Shown: positions 1 to 10,352 of the stretch, in pieces
Position numbering within the stretch: position 1 is the first letter of the stretch
Layout: each line of letters begins with the position of its first letter
Source: a phage
Reading direction: 5' to 3' (one strand)
Length of the DNA stretch: 64,000 bases
Sequence record: PZ171033.1
Translations under genes and position numbers: made by a program
Notes under the pieces: generated by a model
Seen by the model: only the letters and a program-made list of their open reading frames with translations
Database searches by the model: none
Told to the model about the DNA's origin: nothing

Positions 1-7
1 GGAGGAG

Positions 8-1897
8 ATGATTAAAACCTACCTGCTGCCTAATGACCTAAGCATGGAAGACTTCATCTTCATTGAACTTCATTCTGCCCCCGGCAAGAAGAAGACTCCT
101 GCAAGGGAAATTAAGGAGTTCATACAGCAGGAACTGCAACAGGTACTGGATGATGCAGAAACTCAATACATTATCTGTACTGATTCTGATTACTTCAAAA
201 TACTGACTAAAGAAGCTAAAGCAGAGGCTAACCTCGGCTATGTTTGCGATTCAGTATGGGGTAAGCAGAAGGTTATCTATGCACCTAGCTACAGGCAAGT
301 ATTTTATGACCCACCTGTAGTGAAATCCAAGATTGCTCAGGGTATGGATGCATTACTTAACCACATACGTGGACAGTATGCTGAACCAGGTCATGGAATC
401 ATTGAATTTGAAGCCTATCCAGATACACCAGAGAAGATTAAAGCCTGGCTAGACCAGTTGCTTGAGATGAATAAGCCACTGGCTATAGACATCGAAGCAT
501 TCGGTTTAAAGCACTATAACGCCGGTATAGGGACAATTACATTCTGTTGGAGTAAGACACAAGGCATAGCCTTTAATGTGGACTATGAGCCAATTAAGGG
601 GGCTACTGAAGCTCCCTATGGGCGTATTAACAGGAACGATGTTGTTCGTAACCTGTTACGTGAGTTCTTCATTAAGTACACTCAACGGCAGATGTATCAC
701 AACATTAGCTATGACGTGTACATACTTATCTATCAGTTATTCATGGATAACCTGATTGATACGGAAGGCTTGCTGCATGGCATGGAAATCATGCTACGTA
801 ATTGGGACTGTACTAAGTTAATCACCTACCTGGCTACTAACAGTTGTGCTGGTAATCACCTTAGTCTGAAAGAACAGGCTCAGGAATATGCTGGTAACTA
901 TGCTCAGGATGACATTAAAGACATTCGTCTTATTCCTAATGAGCAACTGTTACGCTACAACCTCATTGATGGTTTGTGTACGTGGTACACCTACGAGAAG
1001 CACTGGGATACTCTCATTGCTGATGACCAACTGGATGTTTACAACAACATCTTTAAACCAGCCTGTGAAGACATTATTCAGATGCAGTTAACCGGTATGC
1101 CCATGAATATGGAAACCGTTAACCAAGTAGCTGAGGAGATGGAAACTGACAGGAACCAGGCTCTGAAAACTATTCGTGAGTCTAAGCTCATGAAGAACTT
1201 CACCCTGATGCTTCGTCAGGAATGGGTAGACGATAAGAATGCTAAGCTTAAGAAGAAGCAAGTAACATTGGCTGATTGTGACATCGAGTTTAATCCTAAC
1301 TCCGGTCCACAATTGCAGAAGTTGTTATTTGACTATATTGGCTTACCGGTTCTTGGTCTTACTAAGAGCAAGCAACCTGCTACTGACGGTGACACTATTA
1401 AAGCACTGCGTACACATACGCAGAGTGAAGATGTTAAGGAACTGCTCAATGCACTTATCGACTATAAACTCGTGGATAAGATTATCACTAGTTTTATACC
1501 AGCTTTCAGGAATGCCCAACCAGGGCCGGATGGCTGGCACTACCTATTCGGCAACCTCAATCTGGGAGGCACAGTCTCCGGTAGGCTATCGGCTTCAGAG
1601 CCAAATCTACAAACAATTCCATCCGGTTCTAAATATGCCAAGAAGATTAAGAAATGCTTCGAAGCTCCTCCTGGCTGGATATTTTGCGGTTTGGACTTCG
1701 CCTCGCTGGAAGACAGAATCTCTGCACTAACTACTAAAGACCCTCAGAAGCTTAAGGTGTACATGGGTGTGACTGTTTATACAGTTACTATAGAAGGAGT
1801 TGACCATCATATCCGAGATGATGATACAATCGTTTATGATGGTAAAACTTATACCGGTGAGGAGTTCTATGACGCTTTTACCTGTGGCCTTCTATGA
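8..1897 (+). CDS. DNA polymerase, family A, N-terminal part (3'-5' exonuclease plus polymerase motif A); frame runs into an HNH insertion and stops
   Basis: GGAGGA RBS at 1-6 then ATG at 8; exo motif AIDIEAFGL; motif A LDFASLEDRI; the last ~40 aa after KVYMG look non-polymerase. Confidence 0.85.
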   Translation: MIKTYLLPNDLSMEDFIFIELHSAPGKKKTPAREIKEFIQQELQQVLDDAETQYIICTDSDYFKILTKEAKAEANLGYVCDSVWGKQKVIYAPSYRQVFYDPPVVKSKIAQGMDALLNHIRGQYAEPGHGIIEFEAYPDTPEKIKAWLDQLLEMNKPLAIDIEAFGLKHYNAGIGTITFCWSKTQGIAFNVDYEPIKGATEAPYGRINRNDVVRNLLREFFIKYTQRQMYHNISYDVYILIYQLFMDNLIDTEGLLHGMEIMLRNWDCTKLITYLATNSCAGNHLSLKEQAQEYAGNYAQDDIKDIRLIPNEQLLRYNLIDGLCTWYTYEKHWDTLIADDQLDVYNNIFKPACEDIIQMQLTGMPMNMETVNQVAEEMETDRNQALKTIRESKLMKNFTLMLRQEWVDDKNAKLKKKQVTLADCDIEFNPNSGPQLQKLLFDYIGLPVLGLTKSKQPATDGDTIKALRTHTQSEDVKELLNALIDYKLVDKIITSFIPAFRNAQPGPDGWHYLFGNLNLGGTVSGRLSASEPNLQTIPSGSKYAKKIKKCFEAPPGWIFCGLDFASLEDRISALTTKDPQKLKVYMGVTVYTVTIEGVDHHIRDDDTIVYDGKTYTGEEFYDAFTCGLL

Positions 1898-2414
1898 ACA
1901 ACGGTATAAGATTTCCGATGAAGGTTTCATCTTAAATCTTGCAAACAATCAACCCCTAAAACCGACTCTCAATCCTAACGGATACCTTAAGGTTGGGTTA
2001 GCTAATGGGGATGGTACACATCACCAAGAGCTACTTCATATTCTGGTAGCTAAACACTTCATCCCTAATCCTTATGGCTATGAACAGGTGAACCATAAAG
2101 ATGGTAATAAACTGCATTGTCATAAGGATAATCTGGAATGGTGCTCTGCTACTCAGAATGTTGAACATGCACTTAAAACAAGGCTACGTCCTGGTTACAT
2201 GTCTGCTGACGATAAAGAAAAGTATCTCTTTGAGGTGCTGGCAGGTAAGCAAGTTAAAGACATTGCTTTTGAAATAGGTAGACGTTCTGAAACTTTGCAT
2301 AAGATGCTCAGAACTACTGCTGACCGACTTGGTGTTCGAAATGAGTGGGATGATGTTATGAGGAGAAATAGAAAAGATGTTGCTTTACGACAGCTTGCCA
2401 AAATCAACTCATGA
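1869..2414 (+). CDS. HNH homing endonuclease inserted in the DNA polymerase gene
   Basis: Motifs NGYLKVGL...HQELLH...VNHKDGNKLHCHKDNLEWCSATQN; frame differs from both polymerase segments; start codon uncertain (first in-frame ATG after pol motif A is 1869). Confidence 0.8.
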   Translation: MTLLPVAFYEQRYKISDEGFILNLANNQPLKPTLNPNGYLKVGLANGDGTHHQELLHILVAKHFIPNPYGYEQVNHKDGNKLHCHKDNLEWCSATQNVEHALKTRLRPGYMSADDKEKYLFEVLAGKQVKDIAFEIGRRSETLHKMLRTTADRLGVRNEWDDVMRRNRKDVALRQLAKINS

Positions 2415-3207
2415 CTTCACTGGCAAGAAAATTGACAACGTAGTCAAAGCCGGGAGTTCATCAGGTTATGATGGGCACAGTCTTCGTGCATATGCTTACT
2501 TCGGTGAGCAGATGCCAGACATAGAAGACACGGTAGAATCCATTAACTCCATTCAGCATAAGTACAAATCATTACGTAGTGACTCGAAGGCTCCAACCTT
2601 CTTGCTTACCTATGGTGGTACGTATATGGGCTTAATGAAAAACTGTGGCTTCTCTGAAGAGAAGGCTAAAACTACAGAGAAGCGTTATCACGACCTCTAT
2701 GTAGTTAGTGACAGGTGGGTTCAGGCTAAGCTAGACGAAGCTGCCAAAACTGGTTATGTTACTGCCGCATTCGGTTTGAGAGTGCGTACTCCTTTACTGG
2801 CTCAGGTTTTACGTGGGACATGCAAGACTCCGTATGAAGCAGAAGCAGAAGGCAGAACTGCTGGTAATGCTTTAGGACAAAGCTGGTGTCTACTGAATAA
2901 CCGTGCTGGTTCAGAATTTATGCGTAAAGTCAGAGCCAGTGAGTTCAGGTTAGATATTCGTCCTAGTATTCACATTCATGATGCTCAGTACTTCATGATT
3001 CGTGACAACATGGATACCTTACAGTTTACGAACAAGCACTTGGTTGAAGCCGTTAACTGGCAAGATCATCCTGATATTGCCCATCCAGAAGTTGGTTTGG
3101 GTGGGGAACTATCCTTGTTCTACCCAACGTGGGCTAATGAGATTGAAATTCCAAATCACGCTACCCCAGAAGAAGTTCATCAAATAATTCAAAAGGCATT
3201 CGCATGA
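2377..3207 (+). CDS. DNA polymerase, family A, C-terminal part (motifs B and C)
   Basis: YDGHSLRA (DIH-like), motif B RSDSKAPTFLLTYGG, motif C IHIHDAQYF; ATG 2377 with AGGAG 11 nt upstream, but may instead be a spliced exon beginning near 2466. Confidence 0.8.
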   Translation: MLLYDSLPKSTHDFTGKKIDNVVKAGSSSGYDGHSLRAYAYFGEQMPDIEDTVESINSIQHKYKSLRSDSKAPTFLLTYGGTYMGLMKNCGFSEEKAKTTEKRYHDLYVVSDRWVQAKLDEAAKTGYVTAAFGLRVRTPLLAQVLRGTCKTPYEAEAEGRTAGNALGQSWCLLNNRAGSEFMRKVRASEFRLDIRPSIHIHDAQYFMIRDNMDTLQFTNKHLVEAVNWQDHPDIAHPEVGLGGELSLFYPTWANEIEIPNHATPEEVHQIIQKAFA

Positions 3208-3509
3208 CCAAAAGTACTAAAGAAACTGTAGTCAGAAAATATCATTGGATGGTAGCAGCACAGGTAGTATTCCAACTTCCTAAAGTGGATGATGGTTCCC
3301 TGCTTACCATGAACACAATGCTGCTCACTGATGAACCTTATGTGACCTATAAAGATTTGGCACGTGCCAATCACTCCCTGAAGATTAGTCTGGACCAACG
3401 CTTTGATACCTCGGTTGACCTGAAAGACATCGTTTATCTGTCTCTCAGCAACCTGGGTCTGATGTCTGAACCAGAGTTCCAGGCAAATATGATTCCTAAG
3501 GAGAAATAA
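3204..3509 (+). CDS. hypothetical protein
   Basis: Compact ORF with start overlapping upstream stop, in replication module. Confidence 0.5.
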   Translation: MTKSTKETVVRKYHWMVAAQVVFQLPKVDDGSLLTMNTMLLTDEPYVTYKDLARANHSLKISLDQRFDTSVDLKDIVYLSLSNLGLMSEPEFQANMIPKEK

Positions 3510-3793
3510 TGGCTAAGCTCTCCGGTGGATTGAATAACTGGTATGTAGTACCAGTTAAACACCCTCAACGGAAAGAGCAAGAGCCATATCAAGCAGAATG
3601 TGAGGATATTATCCAAGCACTGGGCATGACCTTCGATGAAGGTTGTGCCTTTAAAGCTTTATGGCGAAATGCTGCTGCCCGTATGGGTAATGGTAAACCT
3701 GGAAACTCTTCGGTGTACGACTCAGAGAAGATTGTGCACTATGCCAATCGCATATTGAAAAAGGCTTATAATGAAGATAACCAACAATCATGA
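3509..3793 (+). CDS. hypothetical protein
   Basis: ORF translationally coupled to neighbours. Confidence 0.5.
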   Translation: MAKLSGGLNNWYVVPVKHPQRKEQEPYQAECEDIIQALGMTFDEGCAFKALWRNAAARMGNGKPGNSSVYDSEKIVHYANRILKKAYNEDNQQS

Positions 3794-4751
3794 TGTCTCA
3801 CTGGCTCTGGCTGTATGGCTATTACATGATGAGTACGATTACGTAGACAATCCTAAGTATCTGTCTGTTACTACATTGCTTAAGCCCATTAAGCAAATCG
3901 TCATGAAGCATCGTGTAGATTTGAGTGACCAGTCAATTGATGTTATGGATTTCGTCTCAACATCAATGGGTACTGGTTTACATGACTCTATCGAGAAAGC
4001 CTGGAAGTTAGGTCATAAGACTGCATTGAAGAAGCTAGGTTATCCTCAGCGTGTAATTGATGCAGTAGTCATTAATCCAACCAAAGCAGACTTTGATACT
4101 AACCCTGACCTTATCCCAATCTACATTGAACAACGTGGAACCAGGGTAGTTAAGGGTTGGACTATCGGTGGTAAGTTCGACATCGTAACAGAAGGTCTAT
4201 TACAGGACTTTAAGTCTACCTCAACCTATTCCTGGGTTGCTGGTTCCCGTGATGATGAACACAAGATGCAAGGCAGCTTGTATCGTTGGATTCACAACGA
4301 CATCATTACTGAGGATGTAATTCGTATTAACTACATCTTCACTGACTTCATGAAGCACATGGCTAATAGCAATCCGAACTATCCTGCTAATCGTATTATG
4401 CATAAGGATATTCCACTGCTATCTGTCGATAAGACTGAACGTTGGGTAGAAGAGAAGATTCACCTCATTGAGAAGTACTGGAATGCACCTGAAGAGGAAA
4501 TTCCTGAGTGTACTGACGAGGAGTTGTGGCGAACAGAGCCACAGTTCAAATACTTCTCTGATGCTTCTAAGGTAGATGTACCTGGAGCCAGAAGTACCAA
4601 AAACTTTGACGATATGGCATCTGCTCGTATCTTCATGGCTGAAAAAGGTGGCAAGGGTGCTATCAAGGTCGTGGAGGGGCAGGTTAAGCGTTGTCTGTAC
4701 TGCCCTGTCGCATCCATTTGCAAACAAAGAGAGAGATATTTTCCATCATGA
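3771..4751 (+). CDS. PD-(D/E)XK nuclease with C-terminal Cys cluster (Cas4/RecB-like exonuclease)
   Basis: GKFDIVTEG...QDFK core motif; C-terminal C...CLYCPVASIC four-Cys cluster. Confidence 0.55.
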   Translation: MKITNNHDVSLALAVWLLHDEYDYVDNPKYLSVTTLLKPIKQIVMKHRVDLSDQSIDVMDFVSTSMGTGLHDSIEKAWKLGHKTALKKLGYPQRVIDAVVINPTKADFDTNPDLIPIYIEQRGTRVVKGWTIGGKFDIVTEGLLQDFKSTSTYSWVAGSRDDEHKMQGSLYRWIHNDIITEDVIRINYIFTDFMKHMANSNPNYPANRIMHKDIPLLSVDKTERWVEEKIHLIEKYWNAPEEEIPECTDEELWRTEPQFKYFSDASKVDVPGARSTKNFDDMASARIFMAEKGGKGAIKVVEGQVKRCLYCPVASICKQRERYFPS

Positions 4752-6901
4752 GTATTGACCTTACCGGAGTAGTGCATCATCCGGCGATTGAAGAAATCGT
4801 AGATGTGCTCTGCAATAAAACCCAGAATAATGACCGGGGATTTTTCCGTGTCGAAGTAGCCTACTTCTTGGCTAAAATGGCATCCTGCATGGGTGCAACC
4901 ATCGTAACTAAAGATCGTGGTGACCTGCCGGTAAACATCTACGCTATAGCGTTGGCTACATCTGGTTTCGGTAAAGGTCACTCAGTAAATATCATTGAAG
5001 ACGGGTTCATGACTGGCTTCCGTAAACGCTTTATGGAAGACACCATGCCCGTCATTGCAAATGATCGTTTATGGAAGATTGCTAACGAACGTGCTGCTCG
5101 TCAAGGTACAGACCAGAATGATGAGTTTGATAAAGTCGAAGCAGAATATAAACGTGCTGGAGCATATCCGTTTACGTTTGACTCCGGTACTCCACCAGCA
5201 GTTAAGCAACTACGGCATAAACTGTTAATGGCTGGATGTGGTTCAATCAACCTTCAGATTGATGAAATTGGTTCAAACCTGTTGGCTAACACAGATGTAT
5301 TAACCCTGTTCCTGGAGCTGTATGACCAGGGTAAGGTTAAGCAGAAACTAACCAAAAATACTGCTGAAAGTGTTCGTGGTGAAGAACTGGATGGTAAAAC
5401 TCCAGCTAACCTGTTGCTGTTTGGTACACCAAGTAAGCTACTAGATGGTGGTCAGACCGAAGATCAGTTCTATGACTTCCTTGATACAGGGTATGCACGT
5501 CGTTGTCTATTTGCCATTGGGCACTTAGACAAACGAGCACATGCAACAATGTCTCCGGAAGAAATCTACCGTAACCTGATTAAGCAGGATAACGTACAGT
5601 CTCTGGGTAAGTGGGCTAACCACTTCCATAGTCTGGCTGACCCAAACCTGTTTGGCTTTAAGATGGTTGTAGAAGATGCTGTGGGTATTGCTCTGATTAC
5701 TTACAAAATTGATTGTGAGAAACAAGCAGAAGCTATGGCTGACCACGAAGAAATTCGTAAAGCTGAAATTTCCCACCGTTACTTCAAAGCACTTAAACTG
5801 GCTGGAGCACTGGCGTTTGTTGACCAGAGTTCATTCATTGAAATGTCCCACCTTAAACAAGCAATCTTGCTTGTAGAGGAATCCGGGGCAGCATTCCAGG
5901 GTATTCTCAATCGTGAGAAAGCCTATGTGAAGCTGGCTAAGTATATCGCTTCTGTAGGTAAAGAAGTGACTCATGCTGACTTGCTAGAGTCATTGCCGTT
6001 CTATAAGAGTGGCAATGCAGCTCGTAATGAGATGATGACCCTTGCTACAGCATGGGGCTACAAACAGCACATCATCATTAAGAAAACCTTCAATGAAGGT
6101 ATTGAGTTCTTCCGTGGTGAAACTCTGAAAGAAACTGACATCAATGAGATGATAGTGGCATATAGTGATAGCTTTGCTTATGACTACATTGGTGAACGTG
6201 TACCGTTCGACCAGTTGCATGTATTAACCCAAGCTCCCGGTATGCACTGGGTAAACCATCACATGAAGAATGGACATCGTTCTGAAGAGAACGTTATTCC
6301 AGGATTTAACATGATTGTTATCGACTGTGATGGTGGAGTACCACTGCATACGTGCCATGAACTGATGAAGGAATATAAGTTCATGACTTATACCACTAAG
6401 CGTCATTCTGATGAACAGAATCGCTTCCGTCTGATTATTCCAATGAACTATGAGTTACACCTCGATACTGAGGAATACAAAGAGTTCATGAATAACGTTA
6501 TGTCCTGGCTACCATTCGAAACGGATGAATCTGCTAACCAACGAGCCAAGAAGTGGATGTCCTGCGAGACTGGTTCCTATCATTACAATCTTGAAGCAAA
6601 TCTGTTGGACGTGCGTGACTTTATTCCTCGTACTAGTAAGAACGAGCAGTTCCAGAACCAGATGAAGGAAGTACAGTCGTTGGATAATCTGGAGCGTTGG
6701 TTCGCTAGTCGTATTGCTACCGGTAATCGTAATAATCAAATGATTAAGTACGCACTGGCATTGGTTGACAGTGGTTGGGATTTTGCCCAAGTACAGCAAG
6801 CCGTCCACTCATTCAATAAGAAACTGGCTAATCCATTGCCGGATGATGAATTGAATGCAACCGTAATGGTCACCGTGGCTAAACGCTTTGCTGGTAAGTA
6901 A
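4748..6901 (+). CDS. putative DNA primase / replication initiation protein
   Basis: 718-aa ORF with AGAGAG RBS; C-terminal region resembles primase C-terminal / D5-N-like domains; position between nuclease and SSB. Confidence 0.45.
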   Translation: MSIDLTGVVHHPAIEEIVDVLCNKTQNNDRGFFRVEVAYFLAKMASCMGATIVTKDRGDLPVNIYAIALATSGFGKGHSVNIIEDGFMTGFRKRFMEDTMPVIANDRLWKIANERAARQGTDQNDEFDKVEAEYKRAGAYPFTFDSGTPPAVKQLRHKLLMAGCGSINLQIDEIGSNLLANTDVLTLFLELYDQGKVKQKLTKNTAESVRGEELDGKTPANLLLFGTPSKLLDGGQTEDQFYDFLDTGYARRCLFAIGHLDKRAHATMSPEEIYRNLIKQDNVQSLGKWANHFHSLADPNLFGFKMVVEDAVGIALITYKIDCEKQAEAMADHEEIRKAEISHRYFKALKLAGALAFVDQSSFIEMSHLKQAILLVEESGAAFQGILNREKAYVKLAKYIASVGKEVTHADLLESLPFYKSGNAARNEMMTLATAWGYKQHIIIKKTFNEGIEFFRGETLKETDINEMIVAYSDSFAYDYIGERVPFDQLHVLTQAPGMHWVNHHMKNGHRSEENVIPGFNMIVIDCDGGVPLHTCHELMKEYKFMTYTTKRHSDEQNRFRLIIPMNYELHLDTEEYKEFMNNVMSWLPFETDESANQRAKKWMSCETGSYHYNLEANLLDVRDFIPRTSKNEQFQNQMKEVQSLDNLERWFASRIATGNRNNQMIKYALALVDSGWDFAQVQQAVHSFNKKLANPLPDDELNATVMVTVAKRFAGK

Positions 6902-6957
6902 GCAAACAGGAGTCTTTCTTTGGTTTGAAGGACTCCTAAATTAAATGAGGAAAAATA

Positions 6958-7710
6958 ATGTCCGAAGTAATTCCCAATGATATGAACACTCAGCTAATCC
7001 TGATTGCAGGATTCTCAGCGAGTGGTAAATCAGCATCACTGCGTAACATCAGGAACCAGGAACGCTGGCTCTATCTGAACACCGAAGCAGGTAAACGTCT
7101 GCCTTTCCGTAACAAGTTCAATACTTACAACATCGAAGACCCTTATCAAATCTGGGAAGCATTTGATGTTGCATCTCCTAGTGGAGAAATGGCAGATGAT
7201 GTTGATGGTATCATTATTGACTCAGCAACCTTTATGATGGATATGCTGGAATCCCAGTACGTGTTGCCATCTGCAAACACGCAGAAGGCATGGGGAGATT
7301 TTGCACAGTTCTTTAAGATACTGCTGCAACAGAAAGTCGTTAAGTTTGGTAAGCCAGTAATTATTACTGCTCATGCTAAAGACGAACTTGATGAAGCTGC
7401 TGGTGTAATGAAAACATTCATCCCAGTGAAAGGCTCTCTGAAGAATAACGGGCTTGAAGCCTACTTCTCTACTGTGGTTTACGCAGAACGTGTAGACATT
7501 AAAGAGCTGGAGAAGTACGGAAACAAGATGTTAGAAATTACGGAAGAAGAACGTGACTTAGGATATAAGCACGTATTCCAGACCCGTCCAACCAAGAAGT
7601 CAGTAGGTAAACGACTTCGTTCCCCAATGGGTATGTTCGATAAGTCTGAGACTTATATCGACAACGATGCCCAGAAACTCTTAGACCACCTGGCTGAATA
7701 CTACGCTTAA
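6958..7710 (+). CDS. P-loop ATPase (RecA-like / Sak4-like core)
   Basis: Walker A LILIAGFSASGKS; hydrophobic strand then D (GIIIDS); good RBS GAGGAAAAATAATG. Confidence 0.5.
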   Translation: MSEVIPNDMNTQLILIAGFSASGKSASLRNIRNQERWLYLNTEAGKRLPFRNKFNTYNIEDPYQIWEAFDVASPSGEMADDVDGIIIDSATFMMDMLESQYVLPSANTQKAWGDFAQFFKILLQQKVVKFGKPVIITAHAKDELDEAAGVMKTFIPVKGSLKNNGLEAYFSTVVYAERVDIKELEKYGNKMLEITEEERDLGYKHVFQTRPTKKSVGKRLRSPMGMFDKSETYIDNDAQKLLDHLAEYYA

Positions 7711-7749
7711 GCGTTTGTCTGGTTGTTAATCACTTATTAGGAAAATCAT

Positions 7750-8553
7750 ATGTCATTGTTCAGTAATCTGAAAGAAAAAACCAAAAACGTTGAAGCTGCT
7801 AAAGACTCCCTGGGTGGGGGTGGTTTCGGTGCAAAAGAAACCGATATCTACACCGGTAATGTAAAAGTAGCTTACGTAGGTAAAGCTGACTCTGGTGCAG
7901 ACTGGATGCAGTTAATCATTGATGACTTGAAGAACTCTGATGGCGTACCTGCCGGTGAGTTCCGTGCACAGGTGTACTTCACTTCTGGTAATGCTAAAGG
8001 CAACAAGCCGACTTACGAGAAGAACGGTAAAGAATACTTCCTGCCTGGCTACACTGTCATTAATGACATGATGCTGATGGCTACTGGTACTGAACTGCCT
8101 GAAGCAGACTTCGAAGAAAAGATTGTTAAAGTCTATGACTTCGATGCTAAAGCGGAAGTTAATAAATCAGTCATGGTTCCAGTTGATCTGTTAAACCAGA
8201 CTGTTACCTTCGCTCTGGAAAAAGTTCTGGAATCCAAGCAGGTTAAAGGCGACAACGGTTATGTTGACTCCGGTGAAACCCGTGAAGTAAACGAGATTCA
8301 GAAAGTGTTTCACCCGGAACTGCTGGTCACAGTCGTCGAGGCTCAGGAAGCAGAGAAGGCTGAAAAAGAACTGACCCCAGAACTGGCTGTATTCTATGCA
8401 GCATGGCTGGAAAAGAACAAAGGCAAGACTCGTGACAAGACCAAGAGTTCTGCCGGTGGTAATGGTAAAGGTGGCTTGCCTCCTAAACCAGGTGCAGGTG
8501 CTGGCACGGGTACTGCTCCTGCTGGTGGTAAATCACTGTTCGGTAAACGTTAA
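7750..8553 (+). CDS. single-stranded DNA-binding protein-like
   Basis: 267 aa, size and position match N4 SSB; Gly-rich N- and C-terminal tails; call by synteny, not by motif. Confidence 0.4.
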   Translation: MSLFSNLKEKTKNVEAAKDSLGGGGFGAKETDIYTGNVKVAYVGKADSGADWMQLIIDDLKNSDGVPAGEFRAQVYFTSGNAKGNKPTYEKNGKEYFLPGYTVINDMMLMATGTELPEADFEEKIVKVYDFDAKAEVNKSVMVPVDLLNQTVTFALEKVLESKQVKGDNGYVDSGETREVNEIQKVFHPELLVTVVEAQEAEKAEKELTPELAVFYAAWLEKNKGKTRDKTKSSAGGNGKGGLPPKPGAGAGTGTAPAGGKSLFGKR

Positions 8554-9107
8554 TGAAAATCCCAATTGTCGGTGCAGACATTAGTCTCCGCAATTGGGGT
8601 TTAGCTCGTGGGATGCTGGACATTGAGTCCGGCGTCTTCGAGCAGGTCGAACTTAAACTGGTTCAAACTGAAGTTGACCACAACAAACAAGTTCGAACCA
8701 ACTCCAAAGATATACAAGCCGCTCACGATTTGTTTCTTGGTTGTGAGGAATGGTTACGGTCTGCTAAAGCAGTGTTCGTAGAAGTACCAGTAGGCTCTCA
8801 GTCTGCTAACGGTATGAAATCCTATGGTGTATGCATAGGATTAATCGGTGCATTTCATGCATTGGGTTGTCCAATCTTTGAAGTATCCCCAATTGAAAAC
8901 AAACTTGCACTGGTCGGTGATAAAACTGCATCCAAAGACACGATGATCCGTGCTGCTCATGCCATCTATCCCGAAGCCAACTGGCTCACGGATAAGAAAG
9001 GCAAACTTCTGAATAAGAATGAGCACTTAGCAGATGCAATCGGTGCAATCCATGCTGGTGTAAATCTCCCAGCTTTCCAGAACCTCATTAAGTTATTAAA
9101 GGCGTAA
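8553..9107 (+). CDS. RuvC-like Holliday junction resolvase
   Basis: N-terminal IVGADIS and C-terminal HLADAIGAIHAG resemble RuvC catalytic motifs; ATG overlaps upstream stop. Confidence 0.5.
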   Translation: MKIPIVGADISLRNWGLARGMLDIESGVFEQVELKLVQTEVDHNKQVRTNSKDIQAAHDLFLGCEEWLRSAKAVFVEVPVGSQSANGMKSYGVCIGLIGAFHALGCPIFEVSPIENKLALVGDKTASKDTMIRAAHAIYPEANWLTDKKGKLLNKNEHLADAIGAIHAGVNLPAFQNLIKLLKA

Positions 9108-9108
9108 T

Positions 9109-9561
9109 ATGCAAATCATTTTGAACCAGTCCGAAGTAGAAGCTGCTGTACAGGCTTATGTTGATGATCAAATCAATCTTGCTGGTGACATTAATATTGT
9201 CATCAATGCAGATGGTACTGCCTCCGTTGGTATCAACGAAGAGGTGAGTCATGAAGATGACACTCCACCCTTGGTAGAGAAGAAAACTCGTCGTTCCCGT
9301 AAAAACCCCCAAGAAGCTAAGCATCGTCCGGTAGAACCGGAGCCAGAAGAAGTAGTTGAAGAGGCAAAGGTAGAAGAAACCCAGACCTCTACTGGTGGTC
9401 CGAACGGGAATTCTACGCCGGAACCTGAAGAAGCAGTAGCTGAACCAGAAGCACAAGAAGAAGTTGTGCAGGAAGAGGATATGAAAGAAGACCGTGAGCT
9501 TCCTCCGGAAGAACGACCGGTAACGAAGCCTTCACTGTTCGCTGGCCTTAAACGTAGTTAA
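9109..9561 (+). CDS. hypothetical acidic, Pro/Glu-rich low-complexity protein
   Basis: ORF with strongly acidic PEPEEVVEE-type repeats. Confidence 0.45.
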   Translation: MQIILNQSEVEAAVQAYVDDQINLAGDINIVINADGTASVGINEEVSHEDDTPPLVEKKTRRSRKNPQEAKHRPVEPEPEEVVEEAKVEETQTSTGGPNGNSTPEPEEAVAEPEAQEEVVQEEDMKEDRELPPEERPVTKPSLFAGLKRS

Positions 9562-10282
9562 TCTGGTAGGTGGCTCAGAAGCTGCTGCTATTTGTGGTAG
9601 TGTTCGTAATTCTGATGCTATTGCTTATCAGGATTCTGGACGTGTCGGCTCCATACATAGCATTTATCATCACTGTACTTATACTTTGGAAACTCAGTGA
9701 TAAAAACGGTGGTGACAAGCCGCCAGAGTAACAACAACAACCGAACCAGTGGACTTTAATACTCTCCGAAGTCCACAGGTTCAATCTAAACTAAGCGGAA
9801 AAGTTAGCTTTTTCTTGGGTGTAGAACCTGTTGAAGGAAACAAAGAATTTCACATTGAATAGTTAATATCGTAAAGGGTTCTGTTAGAATCCTTTGAGAT
9901 AGGAACTCCTATCATAACTATTCTTAACTTAATCTTTGCCGTATGGCACTGACGCTAGGGGTGGCCCCCCATCCGTCAGGTAGACTATTTTAAGAATGGG
10001 TTATCACAGCAAATGTAAAGCAACATTCGGGTTAATCAATGGCCTCTCCCTATAGGGGCCATTTCTGAATCTTAGGCTATATCCCAAAGGTTAGTATCTT
10101 TGGGATAAGGCTTCAGATCTCTTATCAACTAACGCTCATGTTGAGCATTCTACTCACACAAGCCCCTATATGGGCTGGGTTAAATGTCGGATAGCATAGC
10201 TACCTACAGCATCGAGATGTTAGGTCTTACATGTAATATAGGGTATAAAGGGAGGACTCGTCCCCTCCCTCCTATTATAATG

Positions 10283-10352
10283 GTCGGGGTAGCACGTAGG
10301 CATGTGCGGATGGTCGCTACTTCCCTCGCTGGTTCGAATCCAGCCCCCGACT
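10283..10352 (+). tRNA. tRNA-like gene (possible pseudo-tRNA)
   Basis: 7-bp acceptor GTCGGGG/CCCCGAC, U8A9, D-arm GCAC-GTAGGCAT-GTGC, T-arm GCTGG-TTCGAAT-CCAGC; anticodon arm imperfect by eye. Confidence 0.4.

Noticed and set aside
1700-2500. Intein in the DNA polymerase
   Set aside because: The HNH ORF is in a different reading frame from both polymerase segments and has its own stop codon; an intein would be in frame and lack stops.
4419-4981. Minus-strand ORFs 4419-4727 and 4460-4981
   Set aside because: Antisense to the nuclease and primase-like genes in a uniformly plus-strand module; no RBS.
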